This document shows positions 25,457-34,173 of a stretch of 64,000 nucleotides of DNA, one piece after another. This DNA comes from Escherichia phage 308Ecol101PP. The notes under the pieces are model-generated. The model made no database searches and was not told where the DNA came from. It worked only from the letters and a program-made list of their open reading frames with translations. Each line of letters opens with the position of its first letter. Position 1 is the stretch's first letter. The stretch lies in sequence record OR062945.1. One strand, written 5' to 3'. A program made the translations under genes and the position numbers.

Positions 25457-26442
25457 TGAAAACAATTATGAAAGGCTACTTTGGTAGTCACCTTTATGGA
25501 ACGTCTACTCCTGAATCTGACGTCGATTTTAAAGAAATTTATGTCCCTCATGCTCGTGATATCTTGACCGGTAACGTTAAAGAACACATGAGCAAGAACA
25601 CGAATAACACATCTTCTAAGAACACAAAAGACGACGTGGACCATGAGTTGTATAGTCTCAAATATTTCTTTAAACTAGCTGCGGACGGTGAAACTGTCGC
25701 ATTAGATATGCTTCACACTCCACAAAGTTTAGTAGTTAAATCTGATTTGCCTGATGTATGGAAGTATATTCAAGATAACAGGTCTCGTTTCTATACCACT
25801 AACATGAAATCTTATTTAGGGTACGTCCGTAAGCAAGCTTCTAAATATGGTGTCAAGGGTTCTCGACTGGCTGTTCTTCGTCAAGCCCTTAAACGTTCTA
25901 ATGAATGGGGACAATACTTTGATAATGGTGCAGTAATTCGTTTATCACATATGAAGAATGTTCTGCCTGTAGGTGAATTTGCTTCATGGGTTGAAACCGA
26001 AAACGAGAAAACAGGTAAGCAAACATTCTATAATCTGTTAGACCGTAAATTCCAAGACACGTTAACCAATAAAGAGTTCAATGCCATCCTTGTTAAACTA
26101 GAAGAGAACTATGGCGAACGTGCTCGTAAAGCAGAAGCTAACGAAGGTATTGACTGGAAAGCATTGAGTCATGCATGCCGTGGTGGACTTCAATTATTGG
26201 AAATTTACAAAACAGGCGACCTGGTTTACCCACTTCAGGATGCTCCATTTATTCTCGATGTTAAGCTTGGTAAACATACTTTTAAAACTGTACAAGAATT
26301 CCTAGAAGATATCGTTGACCAAGTTGAACATGCGTCAGAACAAGCTGCCAAGAACGGTATGCAACAAAAAGTAGATATGAGTTTCTGGGATGACTTCCTT
26401 GAACAGGTCTATCTCGAAAATCATAATTCTTACTATAAATAA
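25453..26442 (+). CDS. Pol-beta-superfamily nucleotidyltransferase-fold protein (candidate)
   Basis: N-terminal GSHLYGTSTPESDVDF fits the G-S-x(9-13)-D-x-D NTase signature; 329 aa. Confidence 0.6.
   Translation: MMKTIMKGYFGSHLYGTSTPESDVDFKEIYVPHARDILTGNVKEHMSKNTNNTSSKNTKDDVDHELYSLKYFFKLAADGETVALDMLHTPQSLVVKSDLPDVWKYIQDNRSRFYTTNMKSYLGYVRKQASKYGVKGSRLAVLRQALKRSNEWGQYFDNGAVIRLSHMKNVLPVGEFASWVETENEKTGKQTFYNLLDRKFQDTLTNKEFNAILVKLEENYGERARKAEANEGIDWKALSHACRGGLQLLEIYKTGDLVYPLQDAPFILDVKLGKHTFKTVQEFLEDIVDQVEHASEQAAKNGMQQKVDMSFWDDFLEQVYLENHNSYYK
26434..26441 (+). promoter_or_regulatory. TATAAATA motif (possible late promoter)
   Basis: Exact 8-mer 33 nt upstream of ATG 26474; could be chance. Confidence 0.25.
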
Positions 26443-26473
26443 GTAGATAAATAACCATTAACTTGAGGTAAAT

Positions 26474-26737
26474 ATGAAAAAATTGGTAATTGGTTTATTC
26501 GCAGTAATGATGGCATTCTCTGTTGGTGCTACCACGGGTGCAGCCGGCGGTAACCAGTCTTCTGGGCCTTCTAATGGTTCGGTAAATGCATCACATTCTC
26601 AGGGTATTGAGAACATTAAATCAAGCTATATTAATAGCACGGCCGGACAAGCAACTGAAGCATGGTCAAAGGGACGAGTAGTTACTCGCTCCGTATTCTG
26701 TGATATGCCTAATTATGTTGCTAAGTGCGATAAGTAA
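26474..26737 (+). CDS. Secreted small protein
   Basis: Signal peptide MKKLVIGLFAVMMAFSVGA; terminator at 26742. Confidence 0.6.
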   Translation: MKKLVIGLFAVMMAFSVGATTGAAGGNQSSGPSNGSVNASHSQGIENIKSSYINSTAGQATEAWSKGRVVTRSVFCDMPNYVAKCDK

Positions 26738-26741
26738 ATGT

Positions 26742-26762
26742 GGGGACCTTCGGGTCCCTTTA
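26742..26762 (+). terminator. Rho-independent terminator with UUCG tetraloop
   Basis: GGGGACC-TTCG-GGTCCC then TTTA; near-copy of the 8224 terminator. Confidence 0.6.
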
Positions 26763-26789
26763 GGGGGTTAAAATATTTTTAAAAAAGTA

Positions 26790-26818
26790 GTGTACATGCT
26801 TTTAGGATATGTTATTAT
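26790..26818 (+). promoter_or_regulatory. Early promoter (GTGTAC, 17 nt spacer, TATTAT)
   Basis: Follows terminator 26742. Confidence 0.5.
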
Positions 26819-26856
26819 AGACCTATCAAAACGAAATGAGTAAATTGGAGAATAAA

Positions 26857-27837
26857 ATGTTCAACGTTCAAATCAAAAAAGGTATCTATCGTAATAACGA
26901 AATCTCTGGTTCTTATGTTGCCACAAAGACCTGGTTCCCAGCAAAGCTTAATCCTGAATGTTCCCACTTAGGTGATGGTAAAATTTTCGTTATGATTGAT
27001 GGTTCTGAACGCGGAGTATGGGTCTTCAAATCAGACATCGTAATGGAAGGAGTTGAGACGTCACCAGTTGCAGTTGTTGAAAGCACTGAAGATATGAAAA
27101 CTCGTATCAACAAACGCTTTAAAGTAATGAACATGATGACGAATGGCATTATCGATGGCAAAATTCGTTCACTCATTATTTCAGGTGCAGCTGGTATTGG
27201 TAAGACGTATTCTCTGGATAAAGCACTTAATAATGCTAATGATAACGGTTTCATCAAATACAAAAGCATTAATGGTAAAATCTCTGGTATTGGCCTTTAC
27301 GAACAACTTTGGCTCAACCGTGATGCGGACAGCGTTCTCTTAATCGACGACGTTGACGTATTCTCAGATATGGACATCTTGAACCTTCTTAAAGCAGCAT
27401 TAGATACTGGAGATAAACGCAAAGTTTGCTGGAGCACTGCGTCATCTTATCTCGATGATAAGGGTATTGATAAAGAATTTGAGTTTGAAGGTACTATCGT
27501 TTTCATTACAAACGTTGATATCGATAAAGAGTTAGAACGCGGTTCGAAACTTGCCCCACACCTTCAAGCTTTAGTATCTCGTTCAGTGTATCTCGACCTT
27601 GGAGTACACTCTAATGAAGAGATTATGGTTCGAGTTGAAGATGTAATATTATCTACTGACATGATGCAGAAACGTGGTCTGACAGATGCAGAAACGTATA
27701 AAGCATTGTCCTGGATGAAGGCTAACGTATCTCGTCTTCGCAATGTATCATTACGTACGGCTCTTTACGTAGCAGATTTTATTTCAACTGATAAAGATGG
27801 TTGGGAAGAAATCTCGGAAGTTACTTTACTGAAATAA
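26857..27837 (+). CDS. AAA+/P-loop ATPase
   Basis: Walker A ISGAAGIGKTY and Walker B VLLIDDVD; promoter 26790 (alternative start 26836). Confidence 0.75.
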   Translation: MFNVQIKKGIYRNNEISGSYVATKTWFPAKLNPECSHLGDGKIFVMIDGSERGVWVFKSDIVMEGVETSPVAVVESTEDMKTRINKRFKVMNMMTNGIIDGKIRSLIISGAAGIGKTYSLDKALNNANDNGFIKYKSINGKISGIGLYEQLWLNRDADSVLLIDDVDVFSDMDILNLLKAALDTGDKRKVCWSTASSYLDDKGIDKEFEFEGTIVFITNVDIDKELERGSKLAPHLQALVSRSVYLDLGVHSNEEIMVRVEDVILSTDMMQKRGLTDAETYKALSWMKANVSRLRNVSLRTALYVADFISTDKDGWEEISEVTLLK

Positions 27838-27975
27838 GCTTATAGGAAGTTCTGAGGTAACAAAAGCCATAAAGATGAATAATCATATGGCTTACCTCAA
27901 AGAAGGACACCAGGAACCTACTGAGGGCATAGAAATATTTAAAAATAATGATGTACAAATCAAAGAGGATATGTT

Positions 27976-28263
27976 ATGGATTTTATGCAAAAAATTAAAG
28001 CCGCAGTAGAACTCTATGCTCATCGTATGGTTAGTTCTACAATGCAATATAGCGAGGAGGTTCGCCAGGACTCTTCCTTGAAAGGAAAAACTAAAGCCTT
28101 AATTACCTTAGATCGTTTGCAAAAGAATGCCATAGAGATGCTCCAGTACGACAAGGCTGTATATAAGAAAGAACAGGAAGAGAAACTTAAATCTGAAAAA
28201 TTACAGAAAATTCCGAAATCGGTTTGGTTCAGTGGAAAAAATACCGAAAAAAGTTTCTTTTAG
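27976..28263 (+). CDS. Hypothetical protein
   Basis: SD AAGAGGA; 95 aa. Confidence 0.55.
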   Translation: MDFMQKIKAAVELYAHRMVSSTMQYSEEVRQDSSLKGKTKALITLDRLQKNAIEMLQYDKAVYKKEQEEKLKSEKLQKIPKSVWFSGKNTEKSFF

Positions 28264-28265
28264 TT

Positions 28266-28300
28266 GTTTACAAGGTCTATAGTTATGTTATTATAGACCT
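28266..28300 (+). promoter_or_regulatory. Early promoter stem-loop cassette
   Basis: GTTTAC; IR AGGTCTATA / TATAGACCT. Confidence 0.6.
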
Positions 28301-28321
28301 ATCAACTACTGGAGGTAAAAC

Positions 28322-28849
28322 ATGAACGCTAAAGATATTTTCAACCTGGTAAATTATAACGACGGTAAATTTAAATCTGAAGCACAAAGCAAGTTCTTTA
28401 ATGACGTTGCTTATGGTAACGAGATTACCGTGGACGGAGGTCAGATTTTCAAATCTCGCTGGAATTGGATTGCTATCATCGATTCAGTTGGAATTGTGGA
28501 AGTCTACAAAAACACTAACAAAAAACGTACATTATTCTGGTCTCGTGAAACTAACGAGCAGTACAAAAAGGATAAAGCATCTCGTTTATCCAAAGTAACC
28601 CAGGAAGATATCGAGTTTATCAAGAAAGATATCGAGATGTACGAAAATTTAATCGCTGAAGACCAGGCAGTACTCGATAAGTTTGATGAAATTAAAGCTT
28701 CTCGTGAAATCCCTGACTTCATGAAAGAAACAGTAAACGAACGATACGCTCTCACTTCAGAACGTATTGCAAACTATACAAAACAGAAAGCAGAACGTAT
28801 TAGTACTCTTCGGAAATTTGAAGAACGTTTAAAGACGGTTCACGCATAA
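28322..28849 (+). CDS. Coiled-coil protein
   Basis: Promoter cassette 28266, SD GGAGG; 175 aa. Confidence 0.65.
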   Translation: MNAKDIFNLVNYNDGKFKSEAQSKFFNDVAYGNEITVDGGQIFKSRWNWIAIIDSVGIVEVYKNTNKKRTLFWSRETNEQYKKDKASRLSKVTQEDIEFIKKDIEMYENLIAEDQAVLDKFDEIKASREIPDFMKETVNERYALTSERIANYTKQKAERISTLRKFEERLKTVHA

Positions 28850-28911
28850 ACGCTTTACCCAAGGACGGGTTATAATGGTTTTGAGTTCCAATTCAATCTG
28901 AGGAAATAGAT

Positions 28912-29907
28912 ATGAGCATTACATCTGATGCGGTAAAACATGAAATTAACGGTTTATGTGCTTCACAGATTAAAGTGTGGTTTAAAGACCATAATGATCG
29001 CAGAGCACTTAATTATGAGCAAATTGCTATCCAAGTTCATCAATTACTGACTAGTAAATTTGATTTTCATATGCCGTCTGAAATTTATACTAATCTACCG
29101 CGAGCGCTTATTAAAGCGTGTAAAGGTTACGGAAAATCAATGGCTGATGGAATCTTCAGCGCGCTGAATAAACTTAACGTTCTGTCGATGATTAACTCTA
29201 ACAACATTCTGCGTAATCTAGGACGTACTGATTTGTTCGGTCGTGAACAGTGTAAAATGCCTTTGAAATGGATTGTTGCTCATCTTAACGAGAACCAAAC
29301 ACGTTTTATGGCCGTATCAGCACGCTTACAAATGGGCCTAGATCGTCAGATGAACTTTAAAACTCATCCACGGTATTCAGGTTCAACAGACTTTTATAAA
29401 TGTGAGCTTCAAAAGGTTGCAGGTAAAACTGTCTTAGTAGTTCGTGTAACGTTTGAAGGACGACGTCAAGGATATTTTGACCTAATCGGCTCTGGTCTTA
29501 AACATTGTGGATTTATTGACGAAGTTGATATTAAGCGAGACGGCATTGGATACCGTATTGGATATGTTTGTACTCTTAAAGAAGAGATTTCAGGACCAGC
29601 ACCAGGACTAAAAGACGTTAGATATAAAGACGAGCTTGTTGAAGAAATAAAAGAAGTTGAATATGATATCAACCAAGAAGATGCTCTTAAAGACCTTATT
29701 GATGAACTAAACCAAGACATTATTCCGGTTCAGAAATTTGAATCAAAACATGCTGAGCAAATCAAATACTTTGAAGCTTTGATTAACGAACTTAATGTAA
29801 CTATTCAACAGACTGATGATGAAATCTCACGATTAGCAGGCTTAAATGGTAAAAATAAAACGGAACGAGCTAATCTTATTCAAGTAGTAAAACTTCTTAA
29901 GGAATGA
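28912..29907 (+). CDS. Hypothetical protein with C-terminal coiled coil (331 aa)
   Basis: SD GAGGAAA; first of three similarly sized genes. Confidence 0.7.
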   Translation: MSITSDAVKHEINGLCASQIKVWFKDHNDRRALNYEQIAIQVHQLLTSKFDFHMPSEIYTNLPRALIKACKGYGKSMADGIFSALNKLNVLSMINSNNILRNLGRTDLFGREQCKMPLKWIVAHLNENQTRFMAVSARLQMGLDRQMNFKTHPRYSGSTDFYKCELQKVAGKTVLVVRVTFEGRRQGYFDLIGSGLKHCGFIDEVDIKRDGIGYRIGYVCTLKEEISGPAPGLKDVRYKDELVEEIKEVEYDINQEDALKDLIDELNQDIIPVQKFESKHAEQIKYFEALINELNVTIQQTDDEISRLAGLNGKNKTERANLIQVVKLLKE

Positions 29908-29936
29908 TGTACAACCAGGGATGGTTGGAGTATAAT
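29908..29936 (+). promoter_or_regulatory. Early promoter (TGTACA, 17 nt spacer with CAACCA/TGGTTG hairpin, TATAAT)
   Basis: Near-identical to promoter at 30903. Confidence 0.55.
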
Positions 29937-29962
29937 AAATTTTTCAACATGAGGAATATAAA

Positions 29963-30898
29963 ATGGCTTCTATTACACGTAGAGAACTTATCAAAGAATT
30001 TACCTCGAACGCATATACCCCAGGTCCTAATCCTATCCGTATGCCTGTAAAGACTCCTGAAGAGATTGAGGAAATCTGTTCATATTATGGGATTACTTCT
30101 CGTAAGTTTACTCAATTTGAATGCGTTACTAACACACCAGTTAAAGAGTTCATTAAAAATGGCGAGTTCAGTCGTTTATTAGCCAAACAGAAACTTCGTA
30201 ATTTTTGTATTGGCGGTGAAGGACAATATTTTGCTAAACAGTTCAGAAATAACCTTAACAATCTGATGGCCATTGCTTCTCGTATTCGTCCTCAAGCAAT
30301 TAACATGAAACATTTGAAATATACTTACGATAAGTTAGAAATCATGGTTATCAGTGAGAACGAGTTCACTCTTACGTATAAACCTAAGAATGATAACGTT
30401 GCTCGTGTATTCCACCAAGCGTTGGAAGTGTTAGGTGATAATATTTACCAGATTAAAGCAATTTATTCTCGTGAGCTTAATATTATCAACCCTATCAAGA
30501 ATAAGGGCCATATCGCTATCCAGGCTCGTGTATCTATTGGTAAAAAGGTTCCTGCGCCATGGTGGCACAAAGACTCTGAATACTATCAAAATCTTAAAAA
30601 GGAAAATGCAACGTTCGAAGCGTCAATTACTGCAACCCCAATTGGCAACGCTGAAGTTCTAGGTGCATATTCTACTGCTCCATCTATATACACTTCACCG
30701 TCGACTAAACTGGAAATCTCTAACGGTCTTCTTCCTGCCGAAGATTACTATTATAATCAAATCAAAGCCACTGTGGACCAACTGTCTGTTGAACTTGACA
30801 AAGCACAAGCTAAGCTTCGTGATGCTCAACAAGTAGTTACCAAGCTCCAGTTGCAGTACTCTAAACTTTTTAACGCAATGAATGCATTAAAATCATAA
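29963..30898 (+). CDS. Hypothetical protein with C-terminal coiled coil (311 aa)
   Basis: Promoter 29908; SD GAGGAA. Confidence 0.7.
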   Translation: MASITRRELIKEFTSNAYTPGPNPIRMPVKTPEEIEEICSYYGITSRKFTQFECVTNTPVKEFIKNGEFSRLLAKQKLRNFCIGGEGQYFAKQFRNNLNNLMAIASRIRPQAINMKHLKYTYDKLEIMVISENEFTLTYKPKNDNVARVFHQALEVLGDNIYQIKAIYSRELNIINPIKNKGHIAIQARVSIGKKVPAPWWHKDSEYYQNLKKENATFEASITATPIGNAEVLGAYSTAPSIYTSPSTKLEISNGLLPAEDYYYNQIKATVDQLSVELDKAQAKLRDAQQVVTKLQLQYSKLFNAMNALKS

Positions 30899-30902
30899 AT
30901 CA

Positions 30903-30932
30903 GTTTACAACCAAGGATGGTTGGAGTATAAT
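30903..30932 (+). promoter_or_regulatory. Early promoter (GTTTAC, spacer hairpin, TATAAT)
   Basis: Near-identical to promoter at 29908. Confidence 0.55.
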
Positions 30933-30960
30933 CTTTCTATCTTAACGAGAGGAAAATATT

Positions 30961-31905
30961 ATGACACGTTCACATTACATTGATTATTTTGCAGGTCTTA
31001 TCGCTAACGTTCATGCCCAACGTGCTTCTGGTTCATTAGGATTTGATGTTCCACACCGAGTTGTAGTAAGTGGTATTCTTCGCGATTTTGGTACATACAC
31101 AGGCCAAGAAAATCATATCTGTAAAGATACTCAGAATGCATATTCTCATTCATTAGGGACACTGCTTCAATGGTTCAAACGTTCTCGTTTATTATCTTCT
31201 ACTGTAGCTCGCGATAACATTAAAAACTTTATGAAGCCGAGCTTTATTAAATCTGTGACATCTAAAACCGATTTGGTTGAATTCACTATTGTTAATGATG
31301 TTAAAAAGACTCATTTGGCTGATTGGTTATCTACCATTCCTGAAACTAAATTTGCTGATAAATTTGCTTGTGAATTCAATAACCAAGTGAATATGCTTTT
31401 TAAACATTCACGTAAATTATTCACAGGTGGCGATGATCGTACAAATACAGTTCATGCTAAAGATTGGGTTACTGCAGTGTTCAAACCAACAGGTAATGGT
31501 ACCGCATCATTATCAATTGATATCCAGGTTCCTTATTACTACTCACGTAATCTCGGTACCATGAAAGCCGAAGAAATTAATAAGCACAACAAAACCATTC
31601 GTTCGCTGTCTTATAAACTTCGCATGATGTTAAGAATCATGGACGTGGTAGAAATGTATGATGAAACCGAAGATAATGGTTCAATGTTATACAGTTCTCG
31701 CATTCAAATTAAGTTGAAGAACCCTAACGAGTATAAGCCTATTAAAGAGCCTAAAGCAGAAAAAGTTGATAACTTAAGAGAAGAACGCGAATATCTCAAA
31801 TCTCGCCTGAAAGAAGTCGAAGCCCAGATTGCAGAACAAACTAAATCATTAAAAGCTCTGAATGCAAAAGCTGATGGTTTACGAAATGCCATTGAGGTTT
31901 TATAA
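30961..31905 (+). CDS. Hypothetical protein with C-terminal coiled coil (314 aa)
   Basis: Promoter 30903; SD GAGAGGAAA. Confidence 0.7.
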   Translation: MTRSHYIDYFAGLIANVHAQRASGSLGFDVPHRVVVSGILRDFGTYTGQENHICKDTQNAYSHSLGTLLQWFKRSRLLSSTVARDNIKNFMKPSFIKSVTSKTDLVEFTIVNDVKKTHLADWLSTIPETKFADKFACEFNNQVNMLFKHSRKLFTGGDDRTNTVHAKDWVTAVFKPTGNGTASLSIDIQVPYYYSRNLGTMKAEEINKHNKTIRSLSYKLRMMLRIMDVVEMYDETEDNGSMLYSSRIQIKLKNPNEYKPIKEPKAEKVDNLREEREYLKSRLKEVEAQIAEQTKSLKALNAKADGLRNAIEVL

Positions 31906-32210
31906 TGAAACTACGTCTTTTAGAGGATATTGATATGAGCACTAATCACGGCTTGGTTAAGTTTATTGACGATAGTTCAAAGATTGAATTTGTTCAGCGA
32001 GATAAAATCCACGGTGAAGAAGAGTTCGTTCCTCCGGCATGGAACGAAATAATGAAAATGGTTGAACGACGTGAAAATGCTGCCAAATCGGCAGCAAAAC
32101 ATCCGTGCCCGGAATGTGGAACTATCCAAGTCCAACTGGTTAACTGGACCACTAATAACTTGAAATTGAAATGCCGTAAATGCTTCCACAAATTTGAGAG
32201 AACATTATAA
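31905..32210 (+). CDS. Small Zn-ribbon-like protein
   Basis: CPECG...CRKC pair of CxxC motifs; TAATG overlap. Confidence 0.55.
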   Translation: MKLRLLEDIDMSTNHGLVKFIDDSSKIEFVQRDKIHGEEEFVPPAWNEIMKMVERRENAAKSAAKHPCPECGTIQVQLVNWTTNNLKLKCRKCFHKFERTL

Positions 32211-32623
32211 TGAGATATAGCCTTCGTTGTTTTATCGCAGCTTTAGTTTTTGCTATTATTCCATTCATTTGGAACAGCCAGAATACTTACATGGAAACTA
32301 AAGTAATTCCTGTGGAGGTAGTGGAATTAATCTCAGGCCAATCTACAGGAAAATATTCTAAATTAGAATTTATTGCAGTCTATAAAGATGAGCAAGGACG
32401 AGTTTTTGACAGGCGTGTATCGCCATCGTTTTATACGCTTCTGAATAAAGGTGATACGATAGCTATAGAAATTCGTGAGATGGATATCAAACAAACTACT
32501 AAAGATAACTTGATTTGGTTCTTTGGTACAGTGTTGTTGGTTTCTATCTGTATCACAGGTTTTATTACATGTATTGTATTTGGCATTGCATATTTAATCG
32601 ATGAAAGGAAAAATAATGTTTAA
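32210..32623 (+). CDS. Membrane protein
   Basis: N- and C-terminal hydrophobic segments. Confidence 0.6.
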   Translation: MRYSLRCFIAALVFAIIPFIWNSQNTYMETKVIPVEVVELISGQSTGKYSKLEFIAVYKDEQGRVFDRRVSPSFYTLLNKGDTIAIEIREMDIKQTTKDNLIWFFGTVLLVSICITGFITCIVFGIAYLIDERKNNV

Positions 32624-32879
32624 AGTGTACGGGTATGACTCTACTATTCATAAATGCATTTATTGCGATAATGCGAAACGATTGCTGACTGTTAAGAAAC
32701 AACCATTCGAATTCATTAATGTTATGCCAGAAAAAGGTGTGTTCGATGATGAGAAAATTGCTGAGCTTCTGGTTAAGCTTGGTCGTGAATCACAAGTTGG
32801 ATTGACTATGCCTCAAGTGTTTGCTCCTGATGGAACTTCGATCGGTGGCTTTGACCAACTACGAGAATATTTTAAATGA
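32616..32879 (+). CDS. nrdC: Glutaredoxin (T4 thioredoxin NrdC)
   Basis: MFKVYGYDSTIHKCIYCDNAKRLLTVKKQPFEFINVMPEKGVFDDEKIAELL...GGFDQLREYFK with CxYC active site. Confidence 0.9.
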   Translation: MFKVYGYDSTIHKCIYCDNAKRLLTVKKQPFEFINVMPEKGVFDDEKIAELLVKLGRESQVGLTMPQVFAPDGTSIGGFDQLREYFK

Positions 32880-33232
32880 CATATTCATTAAATCTTAAAG
32901 ATTTCCAAGATGTATACGAAGTTTGTGCCAATGAACTTGGTCCTGATGCTCCAACTATTATTGAAGTTTTAAATGTGCTCCCTTCATCATTAGCTTACGA
33001 AGCCAAATCATGTGGTTGGAACGACACTGTCGTTCGTGATGACCTTTACGTCCTGATGAACGATATGATGGTTAAAAAGGCAGAACCGGTTGCACCAATG
33101 GTTACCATTACCGTTGAAGAATATAATCGCCTGCAAGCCATTGAAGAGCTTCTGTGGAACATTGAATGTGACCTGCCATCCGGACTAGAATCCTGGATTG
33201 ATTATGAAGAGCTCAATAAACTCCGGGGTTAA
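32876..33232 (+). CDS. Hypothetical protein
   Basis: ATGA overlap with nrdC. Confidence 0.6.
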   Translation: MTYSLNLKDFQDVYEVCANELGPDAPTIIEVLNVLPSSLAYEAKSCGWNDTVVRDDLYVLMNDMMVKKAEPVAPMVTITVEEYNRLQAIEELLWNIECDLPSGLESWIDYEELNKLRG

Positions 33233-33281
33233 ACCGTGGTATTCGGCTCGATGGGAGACAGTCGAGCCAGACGTCGAAACA

Positions 33282-33312
33282 GTTTACAATGACGAAGAAA
33301 CGTGTTATGATG
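33282..33312 (+). promoter_or_regulatory. Possible early promoter (GTTTAC ... GTTATGAT)
   Basis: -35 consensus only; weak -10. Confidence 0.3.
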
Positions 33313-33360
33313 AACCTTCAATAAATGAATTAATTGATATGGAAATGGGAAGAGATTATT

Positions 33361-33531
33361 ATGCAAGTTAAATTATTGTACCGTTTATTAAAAAATGGCA
33401 AGCATGATTGGTATTTGCTTATTAAAACCGATCCGAATTTTTTCTCTGGACAACCATTTACAGTTCGTCCTACTAAACGTCAGCTTCGCAAAGCTAAACG
33501 TTCCCATCGTAACTTTTATAGAGAATATTGA
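33361..33531 (+). CDS. Small basic protein, VRPTKRQ-tail family
   Basis: C-terminal ...FTVRPTKRQLRKAKRSHRNFYREY. Confidence 0.5.
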   Translation: MQVKLLYRLLKNGKHDWYLLIKTDPNFFSGQPFTVRPTKRQLRKAKRSHRNFYREY

Positions 33532-33532
33532 T

Positions 33533-33946
33533 ATGAATATTTCTGAAACTCGCGGTAAATGGTTCAAGATTGTTAAAGAAGACGAAGAACTCCAAGATAA
33601 GTTTCCTGAATTAAAGAAAGATACGATCATCAAGGTAATTGGTACTACTACCGAAGATGGTTATGGCGACCATGGCATTATCGAAGTGATGTTGAACACA
33701 GGTGAGAAACTTTGCATCTATGACCGTGATACTTCTCTTTGGTGCTTCTGGGAATCCCATTCAATAGATGAACTCGAAGAAATTGACCAAGTAGTTTGTG
33801 ATGGTGGACTTGGCGAATTCGAAGGTGAACGTATTTCTTATGCTTTAGCTAAATTAGCCGCCCAAGAAAATAATGACGGTTATGAAGGTAATCTGATGCA
33901 AGCCGCAGCGGAATACATTGAATATTTAGAAAGACGTTTAAGTTAA
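33533..33946 (+). CDS. Hypothetical acidic protein
   Basis: ATG 33533 right after upstream stop; flanked by two VRPTKRQ-family ORFs. Confidence 0.65.
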   Translation: MNISETRGKWFKIVKEDEELQDKFPELKKDTIIKVIGTTTEDGYGDHGIIEVMLNTGEKLCIYDRDTSLWCFWESHSIDELEEIDQVVCDGGLGEFEGERISYALAKLAAQENNDGYEGNLMQAAAEYIEYLERRLS

Positions 33947-33955
33947 GGGCTTATT

Positions 33956-34135
33956 ATGAAAACTGCATTATTTTTTGGCGAAAGAACAAACGGTCAAAAA
34001 TCTTGGAAATTTGTTATAATTGGTGCTCCAAACAATCCGAACATGAGGACTTCAATCATTTCGGTAACACGTCCTACTAAAAGAATGATTCGCCAATACA
34101 AACGTTTCCATCGTGACTTTTATAACATTTATTAA
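33956..34135 (+). CDS. Small basic protein, VRPTKRQ-tail family (59 aa)
   Basis: MKTALFFGERTNGQKSWKFVIIG...SVTRPTKRMIRQYKRFHRDFYNIY; paralog of 33361 ORF; below ORF-track threshold. Confidence 0.45.
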   Translation: MKTALFFGERTNGQKSWKFVIIGAPNNPNMRTSIISVTRPTKRMIRQYKRFHRDFYNIY

Positions 34136-34137
34136 AT

Positions 34138-34168
34138 TATAAATACCCTTATCTAATATGGTAAGGGT
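34138..34168 (+). promoter_or_regulatory. Gene 49 late promoter TATAAATA plus hairpin sequestering the gene 49 ribosome-binding site
   Basis: TATAAATA 34138-34145; inverted repeat ACCCTTA (34145-34151) / TAAGGGT (34162-34168) whose 3' half contains the SD AAGGG. Confidence 0.5.
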
Positions 34169-34173
34169 TTATT

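Noticed and set aside
22775-26441. TATAAATA matches at 22775 and 26434 as late promoters
   Set aside because: Not rejected outright, but exact 8-mers of this composition are expected several times by chance in 64 kb of AT-rich DNA, so only the copies in front of known late genes (1030, 1045) or with a known T4 precedent (34138) are rated higher.
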